A DNA stretch of 64,000 nucleotides from Eledone cirrhosa (taxonomy: Eukaryota): assembly GCA_964016885.1 (NCBI GenBank), contig OZ024757.1, forward strand, positions 38,874,001-38,938,000, given 5' to 3'. Numbering within the stretch: the first letter of the stretch is position 1; each line of letters starts with the position of its first letter. A model generated the notes under the pieces. That model did not search any database. It was not told the DNA's origin and worked only from the letters and a program-made list of their open reading frames with translations. Shown here piece by piece: positions 32,524-43,779 of the stretch. A program made the translations under genes and the position numbers.

Positions 32524-32530
<7 letters not shown>
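32398..32530 (+). mobile_element. Family E dispersed repeat ending in (TTA)n-(TA)n
   Basis: GCGATTCTTTTGCTTAAACTTTAATCTGT..TTTTAATAAATATT...TTTATTATTATTACTA, shared with 39238-39370. Confidence 0.8.
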
Positions 32531-32565
<35 letters not shown>

Positions 32566-32566
<1 letters not shown>

Positions 32567-32755
32567 TGTCCCGGGTTCAATTAAAGGTAACAAGAGTAAG
32601 TATGATTTTCAATATAGTAGTAGAATGTAAATATGGTTAATAGAGAAACAGCTTCTACAGGACTAGTACTGTTTCTTTGAAACGAAATCACCAGGAAAAG
32701 ATTCCTGATGATTTCTTTTGAATGAAATAATTCTAGTCACGTAGAAGCCTTTCTG
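32566..32755 (-). mobile_element. Family A hairpin+tail element, older diverged copy
   Basis: Tail CCCGGGTTCAATTAAAGGTAAC, then GCTTCTACAGGACTAG...GAAATCACCAGGAA-AAGA-TTCCTGATGATTTC..GAATGAAA..TTCTAGTCACGTAGAAGC. Confidence 0.75.
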
Positions 32756-32777
32756 TTTTGGACATAATATATATATG

Positions 32778-32962
32778 TGTATGTAAAAGGTAAACAGAAA
32801 TAACACAATCGGTACAGTATATGGTAGGGATATATTAGTTTAAGGCTTGATATAGCAGGAAGAGGGTCTTAACGTTTCGGACGCTAGTCCTTCATCAGAG
32901 GAAAGAATGAGAAATAAGATAGCTTGAGGGGACGGGTGGGTTTTAATTGGAAAAATGTCTTT
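32778..32962 (-). mobile_element. Family C pLTR-like element with minimal hammerhead (core 32867-32902)
   Basis: Near-identical to 59962-60149. Minus strand: UCCU-CUGAUGA-A-GGAC-UAGC-GUCC-GAAAC-GUU-AAGA. Confidence 0.85.
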
Positions 32963-33055
32963 AGAGAAAAGATTTGAGATTGGGCATGTTGAAGGTAGTA
33001 GGGTGGGAGGGAAAAATAGACGAGTGAGAAGAAAGTGGTGGTGTAAGGAGAGAGA

Positions 33056-33092
33056 GAGAGACTCCTCTATATATTATATAAGTCCTGCGAAT

Positions 33093-33130
<38 letters not shown>

Positions 33131-33186
33131 TATATATAATATATATATACAATCACAGGACTTATATAAGATATAGAGGAGTCTCT
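33056..33186. repeat. ~33-bp inverted repeat enclosing a (TA)n tract
   Basis: AGAGACTCCTCTATATATTATATAAGTCCTG ... CAGGACTTATATAAGATATAGAGGAGTCTCT. Confidence 0.8.
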
Positions 33187-34099
33187 ATTTCTGTTGATTA
33201 TTATTCTACAAGAGACCTCCACTATATGCAGAAACAGTTGTGGGTGAGCAGTAAATCAACAAAAAAACACCTTTATTGCTTTCGACTGCAGTAACTGAAG
33301 AATTACAGGCAAAGAAAATAGAAAATACAACACAAAACAAAAGAAATCATAAAGAAAGTCATAAATTTTTCCTCCTTTAGCATTCCACACAAACTGCGAT
33401 ACTTTGAACATCGCGAAACAAGGAAATAAAATGCCATTTCTATTCTTCTTTGGGATTTTCTTTTGTTAGTTTATATTTTAAGAATGTATATATATACATA
33501 TGCACACACATATATATGTATATATATATACGCGTTTATTGTATTTAGTTATTGTTTTTTTTTTGGGGGGGGGGGGGGGGGCTAGTTTTGCTGAAACACG
33601 TCCGCAAGCTCATGTGTATGCGTGTGTATGTGTCTGCGTGTATGTGTGTGTTTGTGTGTGTGTTTATCCTCCTAGCATTTGTAGTTTTGCAGATACACGC
33701 CTACGAGCTTACATATATATATATATATATATATACATATGTATTAAATTCTGTACTGCCTTTTTACGTCTTTACGATCAGCGTTGTAGTTAGTTGGCTT
33801 GGAATCAACATATCGATAAATCAAAGAGAAGTACTGAGGATTATATTTCTAAGTTGCGTAACGTTTTTCTTTATCACTTTCCCCTTTACTAGGGTATCGT
33901 ATGTACCGAGGTACTCTTAGTGTATCCCGAGATAAAAAGGAATTGATTTTCTAGAAGGCCTGGAAACTAAGAAAGCTATGTCTTCACGTATTTAGATAAC
34001 TACACACATGTATATATGTATGTGTTCCTGTATGTACACATATGTATATAGGTGTATATATAAACAGCTCTATATATATAAATACATATATATATGTGC

Positions 34100-34165
<66 letters not shown>

Positions 34166-34210
34166 ATATATATGTATACGGACATATATCTTTTTCTTTC
34201 TCTCTCACTC

Positions 34211-34246
<36 letters not shown>

Positions 34247-34589
34247 CATATATGTATACGGACATATCTCTTTCTTTCTCTGTATATATATATACACACG
34301 TAATTTTAAGAAAGATACTTACTTGCTTACTGATTCCTTGTCTAAATGATTGTTTGAATTGCATTGCTTCCTTTACTACACGAATCCTCCAAGAGGTATA
34401 TACTTAATTTGAATAGGTACTAGCGTTTAACGCAACAGTATGTGGTGTTAATTATAGATTGTGAAGCAGTTCCTTACCGAGGCTTACAGCGATTTATGAG
34501 AAATGTTTTAAGTTAAACATGCTTTTGGGTTTATTCATTTCAGTATCCTTAACATCGGCAGTTTAAACATAACCAATGCTTGCGCATGA

Positions 34590-34705
34590 ATCGTTGTGGC
34601 TTACTGGTTAGGGACTTGTGCCTACACTCGCATGGTCGTGGGTTAGATTCTTTGACAGGGCGGCACCTCGAGTTCTTGAGTAAAGCACTTCTTTTCTTGT
34701 TGCTA
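34590..34705 (+). mobile_element. Second SINE family, 5' part
   Basis: TGTGGCTTACTGGTTAGG A-box, GGGTTAGATTC B-box, TTCTTGAGTAAAGCACTT body. Confidence 0.55.
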
Positions 34706-34707
34706 AT

Positions 34708-34833
34708 CATGATAGGGCTGGGGCCATGAAAGGCCTGGTTCCATGATAGGCCTGGTTCCATGATAGGACTGGGGCCATGAAAGGCCTGGTTCCATGATAG
34801 GATTGATGCCATGATAGGACTGGGGCCATGAAA
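34708..34833. repeat. 17-bp minisatellite CATGA(T/A)AGG(CCTGGTT|ACTGGGG)C x~7.5
   Basis: Units in 17-bp register from 34708 to 34827. Confidence 0.9.
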
Positions 34834-34909
34834 GTGCTGGAGATACTTATTGAAACAGCCATGAAATTTGCTATGATACAACTTGGTTGGATGACAGCTA
34901 AACTTGCAA

Positions 34910-35062
34910 GGGTCGGGCAGCATAGTTACGGCCCTTTATGATCTGAGTTCAAATCACCCCGAGGTTAACATTGCCTTTCATCTATACGGGGTCGATAAAA
35001 TAAAGTACCAGTAATGCACTGGAGTAATTGCTGGCCTTGTGCCAAAAGTAGAAACAATTATT
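34910..35062 (+). mobile_element. SINE (main family), 5'-damaged
   Basis: CTGAGTTCAAATC...GGGGTCGATAAAATAAAGTACCAGTAATGCACTGG...AGTAGAAACAATTATT. Confidence 0.9.
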
Positions 35063-35780
35063 GTGAGCTGTAAACTTCCTCTACCGTAAGAGTACATGTG
35101 TCGGACACTTGTCTGTTAATTTCGCTACCACACTGTTCCAATGAGGGATTCAACTGGAAACATGTCTTCAGAAGCGAGCTGTAAATTTCTATTACCTTAA
35201 GGCTGCACTTATAGTTGGAATACTAAACTATCTTTACGTTAATAACCACGAGTAGTTTATTTCATTGATCGAATCAACCAGAAAGTGTGTCGTCGAAACT
35301 GATGGAGAACCAACAACAGCAACAAAACCAATATTTTACATGCATTCGAGCAACGTATTTTTTATTCTGGAAATAATTTGTTCCTCTCTGTCTCCCATGC
35401 CTATTGAAAGACCTGTAAGAGTTCATAGGCGTTGCCCTCCTTCCCCTAACTAAGCAATATTAAAATTAATGTTACAAGGTAGAGATGATTAAGATAACAA
35501 AATGTATGTAATGTACAGAAGGAGAGATACAGGGGTGAGAGAGAGACAGGGGCAGGATAGGGCGTGTAATATACAATGGTGATCAGCATTATATTCTTCA
35601 ATAGGCTGCGGAAAGTCAAAATCATTTGCGGGGGTTGATGTATAAAAACAGAAAAGTAGAGAAAATGACTTAGTTATACACACACACATGCTGTATTTCC
35701 CCTTCTCTCTCCCTCTCTCTCTCTTGCGTATATATATATATGTGTGTGTATATTTATATATGTGTCTGTAAGTGTACATG

Positions 35781-35834
<54 letters not shown>

Positions 35835-35920
35835 GGTATATGTGTGTGGGGGAAATAAAGATTAATTTAAAATAAACTACATTTTTAACTCGTAAACCAC
35901 ACACGCATATATGTGTGTGA

Positions 35921-35966
<46 letters not shown>

Positions 35967-36109
35967 ATAAAAGACTGGGATAATGTTTGTGTATTTGGAG
36001 TATGTGGGGCATAAATTGAATTGGTAGATATGTGGATAAACTAGTAAATAGATATAGGTAGTAAAATTGATCGAAGAATCGATCAATCGATGGATGACTA
36101 GACACAAAG

Positions 36110-36600
36110 TTAAATAAATAAATATATAGTTAGATAATCAGAAAGAGACAAACTAATAGATAGATAGATAGATGTATAGATAGATAGACACATATATAGA
36201 TAATTAGTTAGATAAGTATATATATATAGAGAGAGAGGGTTAGATAGAGAGAGAGACACACACACACATATATAGATATTTATAGAGAAAGAGACACACA
36301 CAGATACATAGATAGAGAGGCAAACACAGAGATAGAGAGAGGCAAATACATAGATAGATAGTGATAGAGAGAGACACAGTAGAGATAGACAGAGAGGTAG
36401 ATACACACACAGATACATAGATAGATAGACACAGAGAGATTGATAGATAGACACACGGCTAGATAGATAGATATATAGAGAGATACACATATATAGATAA
36501 TTAGTTAGATAAGTATATAGATAGACACACAGCTAGATAGATAGGTAGATAGATAGGTAGATATATAGGCAAACAGATAGATGGATAGATCGATACATAC
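36110..36600. repeat. Degenerate (GATA)n/(GA)n tract
   Basis: Direct inspection. Confidence 0.9.
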
Positions 36601-39204
36601 ATAATGTGAAAGAGTTAAGGAGAGTGGAAATGGGAACTACGAAAAGATTAAAAGAGTTAGGCGATTGTGTTGAGCCATACGAACATAATAATAAAAAGTC
36701 CTTTGATCGATCAAGCTAAAATAATCTATTGGATGTTAAATTCAATGATTGTTTTGTGTTGTTTTTGTTATTTTGTTTCTTTTTTTTTTTTGCTTTGTTG
36801 TGCTGTTTTTTTTATTATTTTTATTTTGTGTTGTGATCTTTTGAAAGCCATTATTATTCTTTCTGAGTTCCGACACCATCAACAGGAATAATTCAGCCAG
36901 CAAAAACTCAATTCATTCTAATGGCGAATGTGTGCTCTGTGTTTAGCAAGTATTTGATAACGTTATTTGAGGTTTCAGGTATATGTGCGCCATAGAAGAG
37001 ATTCGCCACGTTAGTTGTGTAATACATTTAACAATAGCGACAGTGGTCAGTTTACGGTAAATTATTATGTAATATAATGATACATGAAAGCGAGAGATGA
37101 ACAAGGTGGCTTGTTCGAATATACAATATATAATATTGAATTTCCTCATCCCTACCTGACACTCACACACATACGTATGTATAAGCACACATATAGATAA
37201 ACAAACACACACACACACACACAAACATATATATATATATATATGTACACACACACGTACATAAATACGTACACGTACGTTCAGACATATATGAACTGGG
37301 TCACCGATGGGAACCTGAGACCTTATCTGTCGCTCACAGGACCACAACCATTTCGAATAAACCCAACCACCAAACCATTCCCAACTTATTAAGCTTTCAA
37401 ACTCTAGTCATGCATCCATGTTTTTCATATTTATTATAGAGACAATTTAATGTCTAAAACATCATTTTCTCTAAAGACGAGAGTGTGTTTTGCTCGAGAG
37501 AGATTTGACTGCTGTTTCTTGCAGTGAGAATTATCATCTCTAGACAATTCTAGTAGATACGACTGGTTTACAATAGTTGTGGAAAGAACAAAGGTTTTTG
37601 TAAATGACTAATAATAAAAATAGTATTCACACCTCTTACCATTATGTCTTAATAGTGTTATTGACACTTAATGCCAGTCGTCTCATGTAATTCGCCTCCC
37701 TGAAATGTTATGGTATATTTCTTAACGAGAATGTGTTACTTGGAGATATAAACACAAATGTAAAAAACTAAATGGAGTGTCAAAATGTTTAACATTCACA
37801 GTCACCTATGTGAAAGTACTTGATATAATATTCTTTCATCTTACGTTCTTTAAATATTTTTTTTTAAATATATTTTTGCAGTAGATTTGTTGTCCCTTTC
37901 AATTGTTTTTTTTTGTTGTTTTTTGTCTCTTCGCATAAATTGTATGTTTTTTTTTGGTAATCTTTTTATGGTGTTGTTTAACACGATTCTTTATCATTCG
38001 TTAACTTTCGTTCGATTTCGTTAACTTTCGTTTCTGTTATTGTATGTAAATCGGTGTATTATAAATGCAATACTTTTCTCAAGTAAAAACCACAACAAAA
38101 AATTACAAAACGGAGTGGAAAAAATGTATTATTTTCTCCTCAATTAAGTAATCCTGACATTGGTGAGAATCTGTTTCAGCTCTACTGTTATTCCCTTTGC
38201 GGTAGGTAGTCCTCTCATGCCAATATAGATGTTGTGGTATTAGTGATGGAATGATGTGCTGGAAAGAAAAAAATACTTTACAATACTTTACGCCAACTTG
38301 ACATATTTCATGCAATTAAATAACGATCTTTCAAATCTAGCACAACTTGTTTTCTCCCGCAACAAGCAGAACCGTGAAATTGTCACTTTTTCCTTCTCAT
38401 TCTGTGCTAGTCATTATTGACTCATTCTAAATTCTGGCATTAACATTAACACTTTCAATCTCTAACACCGTCATTCTTATTCGTAGCAACGTCAGCATTG
38501 CAAACACCACAAATCTCTTTTTACCCGTCTTAAAATGGTGAAAAAATACACGTAAATGGAGAGAAACGGACAATGGAAGTTAGAGCATAAACTACAAAAG
38601 GAGATAGCAAAAGGAAATCTAAATATATTGTGAAAGAAGAAAAATAGAATCTGGGCTACTATTTCTAAGAAAGACCTGATTGGTGACTAACATAAAGACT
38701 TAGATATATTATTAACATACAACCAAATGGCCTGTTATTTTGTGTATGCACCCATACGAAATTCTCTGTATATCGCCCATCCCTTTTATTCTCTAGATCT
38801 CTTCAATCTATCTACCCATTCATCAGTGTGTGTATGATGGACTCTCCCGTCGATATCCTTGAATGTCCAACAAAAGTTCACCTTTCTGGATGGCGGTGTC
38901 TCGTGTGATATTTCAATCCCGCCAAAGACCGGCGGAAATGTGAGAAAGTGAACTGATGTTGAACTATGAACACAGTTTTGTTTTAAGTGGGGAAGGCTTG
39001 TGTAGGACGAACCACACATCTTGGAACTGACGACACATATCTTTGGTGCAAATGTTTGCTACGGAAAATACGACTACCCTCGGAGTGTGTGTGTATATAT
39101 ATATTATATATATATTATATATACATTGAATTTGGGGGTTAAGCACTGGATAGAACGGGTCACTCCGTATAGTTCACCATGATGAAATAGTGGGAAAAGT
39201 ACTT

Positions 39205-39367
39205 ATATATATCAGAAGACCCCGTTAAGGGTGAAAGCAGCGATTCTTTGCTTAAACTTTAATCTGTGATTTTAATAAATATTGGCTCTAGGGTTCTTAT
39301 ATATTTGATACATATTTATCCTTATCGAGCCCTCTTTGGATTTTAGTTTTCACATTTATTATTATTA

Positions 39368-39370
<3 letters not shown>
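39205..39370 (+). mobile_element. Family E repeat, longer copy
   Basis: Homologous to 32398-32530; 5' extension CAGAAGACCCGTTAAGGGTGAAAGC. Confidence 0.75.
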
Positions 39371-39406
<36 letters not shown>

Positions 39407-39936
39407 TTATTTTGAATCCGATGGTCTTATCCACCAGATATACTTTATTTTTGGCTTTTCTTAGAACATTTATTTATGTGTAGGTCATTCGATAATTGCT
39501 TTGTGTTTGTTTCTGGATGTGTATGCTTTCGGATTTGTGTTTTTGATGAACCTACTTGCTTTTTTACACACACACACACACACAGATACACATACATATT
39601 TATATTGTGGAAATATCTTGTGGAAATATCTATTATATTGAACAATCTATTGTTAAATTTCTTTGTCTCCATTCAATAACTTACTTAACGTTTCCCGCCG
39701 GTGAAACCTTCACCATTACTGATAAGTCAACTTGAATGTCTCTATAACGAGAATCATGCATGCACGTGATTGAAAATTTCGATTGAACCATGAGGAGCTC
39801 TGTAGTGATAATTAAATTTGACCAAGTCCGTTCTCTGTCTTCCCCCAGCTGATATCTTTCCAAAGAGAAAGACAGAAATAACAGTCGAAATACTTGACTG
39901 GTATTAAATCTATCGTCTTCGACATGTAAATCGTAG

Positions 39937-39980
<44 letters not shown>

Positions 39981-41031
39981 CTATATATATATATATGCAT
40001 AGAACTGTCCTATTTCAAGCGTGAACCTAATAAGACAATTGTTATCGTATCTCTCTTTTTTTAACTAATATATTTTTTTTTATACGCACATTTACATTTA
40101 TTTATGTGTCTGCGTGTTTGTATTTATGAATGTGCCCATGTATTTATGTGTGTTTGTATCTATGTATATAGGCTGGCTGGGCTGGACGTGATTGATGTCC
40201 ATGAGCAGATATTTACTTATATGTATTTGAAAGGTTTTGTGTATATATTAATATGAATCTATTTATGTTACACACGTATTTATCTATAAAATATGTTTCA
40301 TGTGTTCGTTCGTATTTGTGTTCTTAAAGAATCTTATAAGCTTCTTTTTTGTGTATTTTAGGGCTAGAATAATAAATGTACTGGAATGAATACAATATAG
40401 AAAGATGTCAGATTCTCGTTGTTTTGTTTGTATTTGTTTTTGTATCTGTTTGTATTTGTTTTTATATCTTTGTTTTCCTTGATTTTTCTTTTCGTTGGCG
40501 GTAAATTGCCAGTGTTGGTGGCATGAAAGAGAAATTCCGACACTTGTGGCAAACAATACTGCTGAGTTATTTACGCATGTCACATCTGGATGCCAAAAGT
40601 TATCAATGATGGTCTGATCTTAATATTGAATAAGCAAATGTTATTAACAGATTCAAGTATTGTTCGTGTTGTTCGTCGGACGTGAATTGCTAGTTGAACA
40701 TGTGTATGGGTGTGTGTGTGTCTGTGGGAGTTGTGCTGAAAATGGGTTTTTATATACATACATAGATATATATATATAATAAAATAAAACAAGGACGAAT
40801 GGTTACTCCTTCATTACGTTTAATGGTAGGTGAGGTGCGTTTCGCTATTGATCAGCTCAAGGTTCGATCTGTATCGATTTAGTTCTACCCTGTCAACAAT
40901 GTCCCGTCGGACCTCTGTGGTACTAATGACACAATGAATATACATGGCGTACGAAAAACTCTGTTCATATGCTGGTCAGTAAAAGTTGCTTTGATTGGGG
41001 GGTTAATTACGAGGAATGGATATATAGTGTA

Positions 41032-41076
<45 letters not shown>

Positions 41077-41080
41077 CATT

Positions 41081-41135
41081 TAATATAGAAATGGCTTTAA
41101 CAGGACTCGGACTGTTTCATTTGAAGGAAATCATG
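41081..41135 (-). mobile_element. Family A single-arm fragment
   Basis: TAATATAGAAATGGCTTTAACAGGACTCGGACTGTTTCATTTGAAGGAAATCATGAGG, similar to the family A arm. Confidence 0.65.
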
Positions 41136-41280
41136 AGGCAGCTCATGGATGTTATCCAACCATCTTGCTCAGGGTCTCCCCCTGGGTTTCTTGCCGATTG
41201 ATTTTGTCAGTAAAATTTGTACGACGATTCTTTCCTGAGAGATTCTAACCACATAACCATAGTATCGGAGCTGTGATCTA
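41135..41280 (-). mobile_element. RTE LINE 3' fragment (same family as 3385 and 15345)
   Basis: CTCATGGATGTTATCCAACCATCTT...GATTCTTTCCTGAGAGATTCTAACCACATAACCATAGTATCGGAGCTGTGATCT. Confidence 0.8.
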
Positions 41281-41307
41281 TTATATATATATATATATTT
41301 ATAGATA

Positions 41308-41496
41308 GTTCTAATATAGATGAGATTCTACAGGACTAGAACTGTTTCATTCTTTAGAAATCATCAGGATTCCTGATGATTTCTAAAGAATGAAACAGTT
41401 CTAGTCCTGTAGAATCTCATCTATATTAAAACTTTTATACTCTATGTATTGAGTACCTTACTTACTGTGGTTACCTCCGATTCAACCCGGAATAAC
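41308..41496 (+). mobile_element. Family A hairpin+tail element (perfect 58-bp arms, 1-nt spacer at 41370)
   Basis: 41312-41369 is the exact reverse complement of 41371-41428; the tail ends ...GATTCAACCCGGAATAAC; TA-rich flanks. Confidence 0.92.
41367..41417 (+). ncRNA. Type I hammerhead ribozyme motif (family A)
   Basis: GGAUUC-CUGAUGA-U-UUC-UAAA-GAA-U-GAAACAG-UUCUAGUC-CUGUA-GAAUCU. Stem I GGAUUC/GAAUCU, stem III ACAG/CUGU, GUA triplet. Non-canonical U.U at the base of stem II. Confidence 0.65.
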
Positions 41497-42366
41497 GTAT
41501 ATATATATACATACATATATATATATATATGTCGACAGATAGACATAAGTATAGAGATATGGACGTAGGTATAGAGATAAACATACATATAGACATATAC
41601 ACAGACTTGTATGTGTGTGTGTATGTGTGTGTGTGTATGTATGTGTGTATTTATATAAGTATAATACATATGTGATGGATATTAAGATAATACAAATATA
41701 CGGTCTTGTAATGTAAAATGAATGTCTTGCTTTTACTAGTAAGACGAGGAGGGGGAGTGTATTAGTATAATTTAACATTTCAAACTGAAACTATATATTT
41801 GACAGTTCTGAATATTCACAAATATTAGAAACCTACCATTTCACGAAACACTAATGATAATTATGTCTCTGGAAAATATCTATTAGACTAAATATATACC
41901 TTTAAACGTTCCATTCAAGCCTGAGTTTTGTTGAAAGCAGTTATCACACCGTACTTTGAAATATTGTCGGGAGAAGAGACCTTATGGAATAGAGGAATTT
42001 CTTTTAGGTTTGTATTGGCATCGTTTGAACCCCTACCATCTTTGTTGTTATACTTAACATGCAATTATTGTTTGTCTTGCATAGTGAATCTAAAGCTATA
42101 ATATCAAATGTTTGAGCATCCGTCGCTACTCACGATGAGTGTTCTGGTTGTTCGAAAACATTTAACGTTCTTTTACGAAATTTACGTATTGTGTAAAAGA
42201 TTTACTATTCTTGGGAATTCCAATATGATGTGTACCCTTAATTAAATTATTTGTGATATTTAGTCTGGTACTATATGTCAAGGCTGGCCTCTTAAATGAC
42301 TGACGCGTCGTCCAGAAAACAAAACGAAATAACACAAGAGGCTGGCTTGTAAAAAGTACTGACAGG

Positions 42367-42860
42367 AGGTGACGTAGCTAGAGTGTGTGCCACCCGGGGC
42401 AGCCCTTCAGTTTGTCGTTCCCGGGTCCCCACAAAAAATACATATTGGTCAGTGGCTCACCCTTATATACATATATATATATTTATATATATATATATAT
42501 ATATAAGTTATTCCGGGTTGAATCGGAGGTAACCACAGTAATTAAGGTACTCAATACATAGAGTATAACAGTTTTAATATAGAAGAGCTTCTATAGGACT
42601 AGAACTACATCATTCGTGAGAAATCATCAGGAAGCTCTGATGATTTCTCACGAATGAAACAGTTCTAGTCCTGTAGAAGCTCTTCTATATTAAAAATATA
42701 TATAATATATATATAAACTAGTCTGTACAATGATAATATTAAGCTGCATCATAAGAACGTTTCTAGTCTACAATATTCCCAAAAGTGCCGTCCCCATAAA
42801 TAAGTCACTCGAGGCAGACCAACCCTCCCCTTACTTGGCCCCGCTCTAGCTACGCTACTA
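42367..42860. mobile_element. Non-autonomous DNA transposon with CAGTGGCGTAGC-like TIRs and 8-bp TSD (hAT/P-like)
   Basis: AGGTGACGTAGCTAGAG ... CTCTAGCTACGCTACTA; flanks CTGACAGG / TTGACAGG. Confidence 0.65.
42507..42695 (-). mobile_element. Family A hairpin+tail element nested in a TA tract of the DNA transposon
   Basis: Tail GTTATTCCGGGTTGAATCGGAGGTAACC..., arms 42572-42630 / 42637-42695, spacer GAAGCT. Confidence 0.9.
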
Positions 42861-43779
42861 TTGACAGGTGGACAATACAGACAAATCTAACAATGGACAA
42901 AAGAAAAGGAAAGGGTGACAGATAGACAGAAATAATTTTTTTTTTTTTAATAAATACTTCGAATAAGTTTGTGCAGCCGTTGGCACCGTAAGACAACTAA
43001 AACTAAATTAGCTTTAACTTGAAAATGAATCTACTTGGTTGTCTCAGTTTAAACAAAGTGTTTCAACCTCCCATAGGATGTTAAATTCTCTCACTCATCA
43101 AATATTAATTTGAAGAATGTCATTTTCACTTACTAAACGATATTTGTCACTCTTACTTCTCAAATATTCATTTACCGAATGTTTTTCGCCGCCTATTAAA
43201 CGACGTTTGACTCTGTCATATATCAAATAGTAAATTAGAAGTGAACATTCTTCAATATAACTTTTACATTGTTCAACATCTCTATGAGTAGACTGACTTA
43301 CATAAAGTATATTTCTACGTGGTTAGATTTTCATTAATGATTACTTACAATCATTGTGCTACTTGGAACCACTTGGAAGTCATCATTCAACTGATTATTT
43401 CACTGTTCGTGCTAAAGTATTTACATATATTCGATTAGAATATCGAACAAATTATCCAAAAGTAACAATTTATAAGAATATCACACAATATGAGACGTTG
43501 GAAACGGTAGCGGGTGAGAGAGCAAATTTAGTTGCTCTATGTTCTACACTTAGATTCTATGAGGGGTCACATTTAACACTCTTATAGCAAGTTATTTGTT
43601 TCCCATTCACCTTACAAGGGCGTTTATTTCTCATATCTGAATATCCATCATATATACTAATTCAGTGTCAGCTCTGCTGCCCATCCTAACACTCTCTGGT
43701 GTCAATGCAATTGGAACGGTTCAATATTGGTAACATCTATCTAATCACATGCGTTTTATCCGCGGTAACACCTTTCAAC

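Noticed and set aside
39020-39062. CTGACGA-CAC...GTG-CAAA
   Set aside because: The essential G of GAAA is missing and there is no stem I; likely chance
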